Source of the DNA: Candidatus Dojkabacteria bacterium
GTDB lineage: Bacteria; Patescibacteriota; Dojkabacteria; B142; WJKM01
Direction of reading: 5' to 3'
DNA: 64,000 nucleotides
Assembly (NCBI GenBank): GCA_014729085.1
Contig: WJKM01000006.1
Span: forward strand, 16,152 to 80,151
The position numbers were made by a program, and so were the translations under genes. Of the stretch, positions 59,967-64,000 are shown in pieces. How positions within the stretch are numbered: position 1 is the stretch's first letter; every line of letters begins with the position of its first letter. The notes beneath the pieces are model-generated. The model searched no databases and was not told the origin of the DNA. It was given only the letters and a program-made list of their open reading frames with translations.

Positions 59967-61760
59967 ATGGAAAAAGAAGCAAAAACGAGATATTCAAAAA
60001 TTAATTTCGCAAAAGCTACAGATGAAAGTATAAACACGGTAGGTGATTTGGAGAGGTCGCTTACTAGTGAATATGCTATGATGCCTAAACAACTTCAGAT
60101 TCATGGAGAAGCTGGGGAAACGGGTTTAGGAATTACGTTTAACGGTATGGTTGTTGGTGCAATCAAACACCCTGATTTAATTCCAAAATGGATAGATTTT
60201 GATACTTATACAGCCGAATTTGGAGGAGAACAGCATTATGGTCATATTGATACCTCTATGGCAATTCCTTTAGGTATAGAATACACAAGGCTTCGATCTT
60301 CAGAGATTATTAATAGGATAAAACAAGAAGGGCTGACTGCAGTATCTAAGGATACAGGATTTGGAACAATTGGTGTAGAAGAGGAAAGTCTTCATTTTGA
60401 TCATCTAGGAAATCCAGTATCATTGGAGCCGGACGAGCAGGTTGAAATACAAGATAATGCTATGGAGGTCGCATTAGAACCAAGCAGTAGTATCATTGAA
60501 CAGGCATTACAGATTGCTCAAGGCAGAATAGGCGAAGCAAAACGAAACCCTGACCATTTAATCAACAGCACAAGTTTTAGTATTCTTAGTAAACCACATG
60601 AAATGAGAATGAATAATGGAGATCTGGCTCCTTATGTAAATGCTATTGTCATAAAATGGTTCGACGAGTTCTTAACACCGAGCGATTTAATATCTCGGAA
60701 ATATTGGGATAATATCGCTGGAGAGAACAGCTTTTTTGATTATGAGGATATGAAACAATATATAGGGAATTCATCATTTATGGCATTCTGTGCATCTCAT
60801 GCAAGTTTAGGGCTTCGAGCTGAACAGATCGATGGCAGTTACTGTGTTGGGCTTGAGGAAGCAATAGCTGTATCGGATTTATTTAATTCTGACTTTTCCA
60901 CTTTACTAGAATGGATGACATATTCCACACCACTGGTATTTGGAGAAAAAATAGGAATTGATATTGGAGACGAAAAAAAATACCCAAAGGATGCGAGAGC
61001 AGTAGCGAGGCTCGCTATTCGAAGCACGTACCCAGGAACTTTTATTGGTGATACCGAAGGTTATAAAGAAAGGATTTTGAGATCAATGATTAACGGAAGT
61101 GCTGATAGATTAGATAGGGCCGGCTATACAGCCTATCATGAAGATTTGGATAAGGAAATTGCATGCGCTCATGGCAGAGTGCGATTAAGGGCAACAGGTG
61201 GGTCTGGTAAAGAAAAATTTGTTTCTCCACTTGGAAGAGTTGAGTTTACTGGAGGTGCAGCAACTCCTGATTTAATAGCATTAATGTCTAGAAATGCAAT
61301 GTTGAAACTTTTAGGTATCGCATCCTATGAAGCTTTAGCAGGTGGGGAGTCACCGATAGATTACTTTGCTGACAAATTTCCGAGTATGTCAACTTGTGAT
61401 GAGCACATAGAACTTGCACACGCGTATAATTTTGATGGTACTGACAATCCAAAGGTTGCAGCTTTAATAGAGGAAGGACGCGCATTTCTTTCCTATATGA
61501 GAAATAATTATAAACATGAGGATGTAGAGTATTTAATCGATTTGGCTGAGATTGGGATCAATAAATTAGTTGAAGATACAGAAGCTAGGACACTAGAGCA
61601 GTATCTGGAGAATCCAAAGGGAAATATCTCTGATGTAATTTCGAATATGTGGGAAGATGGTTATAGCAGTTTAGAGATTTCCCATGCACTTACAGATTTT
61701 GAGCGAAAACAGTCGGAAAAGCTTATAAAATATGGGGGAAACGTCCTTTCATTAATTTAG
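59967..61760 (+). CDS. Paralog C of the triplicated ~600 aa enzyme (tentative GS/GCL-fold ligase)
   Basis: Same conserved blocks (IGVEEESLHF, MAFCASHASLGLR, HGRVRLRATGGSG, GRVEFTGGAATPD). Confidence 0.6.
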   Translation: MEKEAKTRYSKINFAKATDESINTVGDLERSLTSEYAMMPKQLQIHGEAGETGLGITFNGMVVGAIKHPDLIPKWIDFDTYTAEFGGEQHYGHIDTSMAIPLGIEYTRLRSSEIINRIKQEGLTAVSKDTGFGTIGVEEESLHFDHLGNPVSLEPDEQVEIQDNAMEVALEPSSSIIEQALQIAQGRIGEAKRNPDHLINSTSFSILSKPHEMRMNNGDLAPYVNAIVIKWFDEFLTPSDLISRKYWDNIAGENSFFDYEDMKQYIGNSSFMAFCASHASLGLRAEQIDGSYCVGLEEAIAVSDLFNSDFSTLLEWMTYSTPLVFGEKIGIDIGDEKKYPKDARAVARLAIRSTYPGTFIGDTEGYKERILRSMINGSADRLDRAGYTAYHEDLDKEIACAHGRVRLRATGGSGKEKFVSPLGRVEFTGGAATPDLIALMSRNAMLKLLGIASYEALAGGESPIDYFADKFPSMSTCDEHIELAHAYNFDGTDNPKVAALIEEGRAFLSYMRNNYKHEDVEYLIDLAEIGINKLVEDTEARTLEQYLENPKGNISDVISNMWEDGYSSLEISHALTDFERKQSEKLIKYGGNVLSLI

Positions 61761-61890
61761 ACTTGAAAAATTATAACATTTAAAAGATACTCATTTTTTA
61801 TGTTACTCTTTATATTGTCTTAAATCATTACTAAAAAAGGAAAAGTCGATTTTGTCTAGTAGGGTTTTATGTTACGTTTTTATTAATAAA

Positions 61891-61926
61891 AATCTTTAAA
61901 GCATTTCGTTTTAAAGATTTTTTTTG
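61891..61926 (+). terminator. Intrinsic terminator after paralog C
   Basis: AATCTTTAAA-gcatttcgtt-TTTAAAGATT plus T-run. Confidence 0.65.
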
Positions 61927-61971
61927 TATAGTGTATTAGGAAAGATTTTAAATACAAAAATTATTAAATCC

Positions 61972-62373
61972 ATGCCAGACAAAAATCAAAAACAAAATAA
62001 TGAAAGAAAGAATATAGTTGATCCAGTTAGTGGAGAATCAAAAGAAGTAAAATTGGTAGATATTTTAAAGGGCAAAGTAAAACAAAAAACTGCAGAGGAA
62101 CCGCGGGAAGAAAAACAGGAAACAGAAAAAAAGAAATTAGATCCCAATAAAGTTTTAATACATACGGGATATAGAATGCGTAATGATCAGATGAAAAAAT
62201 TGGTTGAGAGATTAAGAGAAAAACATAACTGGGAGGATACAAAACTACTTGAGTTTATACTTACATTAGATAGTGTGATTGAAAAAGCTATGATAACAAA
62301 TAATTTACTCGAGTATTTAGTTAATAATCCAGAAATATTACAACAACTAGAAAATGGTAATGCAGAATCGTGA
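61972..62373 (+). CDS. Hypothetical K/E-rich protein (ORF opens at TTG 61924; ATG at 61972)
   Basis: ORF with charged N-terminus. No motif recognised. Confidence 0.4.
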   Translation: MPDKNQKQNNERKNIVDPVSGESKEVKLVDILKGKVKQKTAEEPREEKQETEKKKLDPNKVLIHTGYRMRNDQMKKLVERLREKHNWEDTKLLEFILTLDSVIEKAMITNNLLEYLVNNPEILQQLENGNAES

Positions 62374-64000
62374 GGGACAACCTCGCGGCGAAAACAAAAT
62401 AACTGTTGAGATTCCACCGGAAGGAGCTTCTTCACACGAAATCGCATCCGCATTGAATCAGCAGATGCAGGAACAATATCAAAGAATCTTGGAGACAAGA
62501 GGCCTTACTCCTCCAGCACAGACGCAACCCCAACAGAATGCTCCATATTCTCCTTATATGTATGGCAGTTCAGCAACAATGTATCCGAGTCCTGGCGGTA
62601 CATTAATTCAGGCACCTCCATATGCAGATACCGATATGATTGTTGGGCCTCGTGGAGGCAGAATGTCTGGTTTTGAGGATGTAGAAAGTGTTGTTCGGAG
62701 CAGCAGGGACAAATTAGGCTCAAAAGTAAATGTAGAGGAACTTGCAAAAAGAGCAAGAGAAGTTGAGCAGAAAACAGAGGATGTATACAAGAGAATGGAA
62801 GGAATGGTTAAAGAGTTTGGAGAAGGTAAAGTACTGGGACCTAGGGAAGCGGTTGATGCAATTAGAGAAATGAGAGGGCTTGCACAAGAGGTAGCAAGTG
62901 CAGGAAGAGAAGCTGGAGAATATGAGGCAGTTTCTGAAAGACAGAAGGCTCTTAGCGAGCTCATGGGAGATAATTTTAAAGAACGCTTTTTTGTTTTCAA
63001 AGAAGGTACAGATTCTGATCAATATGGTCCTGACAATTTTGAAGAAGTTCTTGATACCCAAGCATCAAGTAAGAAATATAGTGAATTTATTCAGGAGGCT
63101 ATCCAATTGGGTTTTACCAGAGAAGAAGCTTTAGATCAGATTAGAGAGGGTATTCAAGCCTATATTCAGCATGCGAAAAATATTCGAAAGGATGCAATTA
63201 AGGCAAATATTAAAGAAGAATTTATCGCTAAATTAAGAGAAAGAGGGGAAGATTATAATCCTGCGAAATATCCGATTGATGCCTCGGATGTATCGGAGAT
63301 AGCAGCAATAGATGACGTAGTATTCTCAGGTCCACCTTTTGAGATACAAAGGGAATTAAAAGTCCAAAGAGATACTAGAAGATGTAAAAGATGGATGAAG
63401 ACAACAGATAGAAATGGTGTGTCATTACAAAATTTCCGGTTTCCAAAACTTCTTAATTATAAAGAATATGAGACAAATGCTATAGTCGAAAAGGTCCAGG
63501 TGACATTTGACAGATGGAGAAAAGATGCGATTAAAAAAGCAGAGGCTCAGGCTAAAAAGGAAGGTAGGGAATTAACAGAAGCAGAATTGGAAGAAATAAA
63601 AAGGCAGAATCCAACTGGTCTTGAGGCAATAAAAGAGAGGTATATACATGAACTCGAGAGATACTGGTGGGATCCAGAAGGTGCTACACAATTTGAGGAC
63701 GAAGAATTCCAAATTTCCTCCAAAGAAGAATTTTTAGAAATGATTGCCAGGGGAGGAGTGCCAGGAGAAGTACGAGATCACTTCAGGAATGAATACCTAA
63801 AATCCCAAAATAGCAGAGAAGAGTTTATACAGGAATTTTTGGTTTCAGACGAAGTTTCGTATTTTATGATGGTGGCTGATAATAGTTCTGGAGGAGTTGG
63901 CGCAGCCCTTGATATGTTTGAAGGAAGGTTGCAGGAATTTATGGGTAAAGGATTGATAGGAGTGAATGAATATAACCGGGCAATGGAGAACTTTACTGGA
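62360..64000 (+). CDS. Hypothetical protein, 3' partial (runs off window end); overlaps previous ORF by 14 nt
   Basis: Hand-translated open frame (MQNREGQPRGENKITVEIPPEG...) with no stop through position 64000. Not in the ORF track, presumably because it is unterminated. Several shorter minus-strand ORFs in the track lie antisense to it. Confidence 0.55.
   Translation, partial: MQNREGQPRGENKITVEIPPEGASSHEIASALNQQMQEQYQRILETRGLTPPAQTQPQQNAPYSPYMYGSSATMYPSPGGTLIQAPPYADTDMIVGPRGGRMSGFEDVESVVRSSRDKLGSKVNVEELAKRAREVEQKTEDVYKRMEGMVKEFGEGKVLGPREAVDAIREMRGLAQEVASAGREAGEYEAVSERQKALSELMGDNFKERFFVFKEGTDSDQYGPDNFEEVLDTQASSKKYSEFIQEAIQLGFTREEALDQIREGIQAYIQHAKNIRKDAIKANIKEEFIAKLRERGEDYNPAKYPIDASDVSEIAAIDDVVFSGPPFEIQRELKVQRDTRRCKRWMKTTDRNGVSLQNFRFPKLLNYKEYETNAIVEKVQVTFDRWRKDAIKKAEAQAKKEGRELTEAELEEIKRQNPTGLEAIKERYIHELERYWWDPEGATQFEDEEFQISSKEEFLEMIARGGVPGEVRDHFRNEYLKSQNSREEFIQEFLVSDEVSYFMMVADNSSGGVGAALDMFEGRLQEFMGKGLIGVNEYNRAMENFTG

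Noticed and set aside
62187-63134. Cluster of overlapping minus- and plus-strand ORFs (62187..62498, 62505..62756, 62608..63000, 62720..63061, 62898..63134)
   Set aside because: All are out-of-frame or antisense to a long uninterrupted plus-strand reading frame (62360 to window end) that has more protein-like composition. Treated as shadow ORFs.

Overview
This 64 kb window comes from an AT-rich bacterial chromosome with reduced-genome character. It may be a CPR/Patescibacteria-like lineage, but that is an inference from gene content and 16S features, not a classification. Core genes: rpoB (5' partial), rpoC, rpsL, rpsG (no fusA/tuf follow), rsmI, tRNA-Met(CAT), ftsH, polA, greA, murG, an ATP-dependent DNA ligase, a Fic AMPylator, and three tandem FemAB-family peptidyl transferases beside a C39-like cysteine peptidase. 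A complete 16S rRNA gene (34790..36310) is not followed by 23S. Its spacer holds a terminator-like hairpin, tRNA-Ile(GAT) and tRNA-Ala(TGC), and several truncated or aberrant tRNA copies with GC-rich CAGGCAGG hairpins. The second half (about 43.6..55.4 kb) is a same-strand array of acidic, probably Ca-binding hypothetical proteins that share an N-terminal helix module and recurring sigma70-like promoters with an ATCTTATAG box. Most notable finding: three tandem paralogous ~600 aa enzymes (55785..61760), tentatively GS/GCL-fold carboxylate-amine ligases. Each is preceded by its own short leader ORF and an intrinsic terminator. The leader peptides are rich in Leu (LLNLLLVL), Ile (VIII) and Val (VVVVV) respectively. 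That matches classical ribosome-mediated attenuation, one branched-chain amino acid per paralog. Other curiosities are a 12-bp unit tandem repeat array (about 53960..54133), a 515F-site-divergent but compensated 16S helix 18, and an rpsL insertion.
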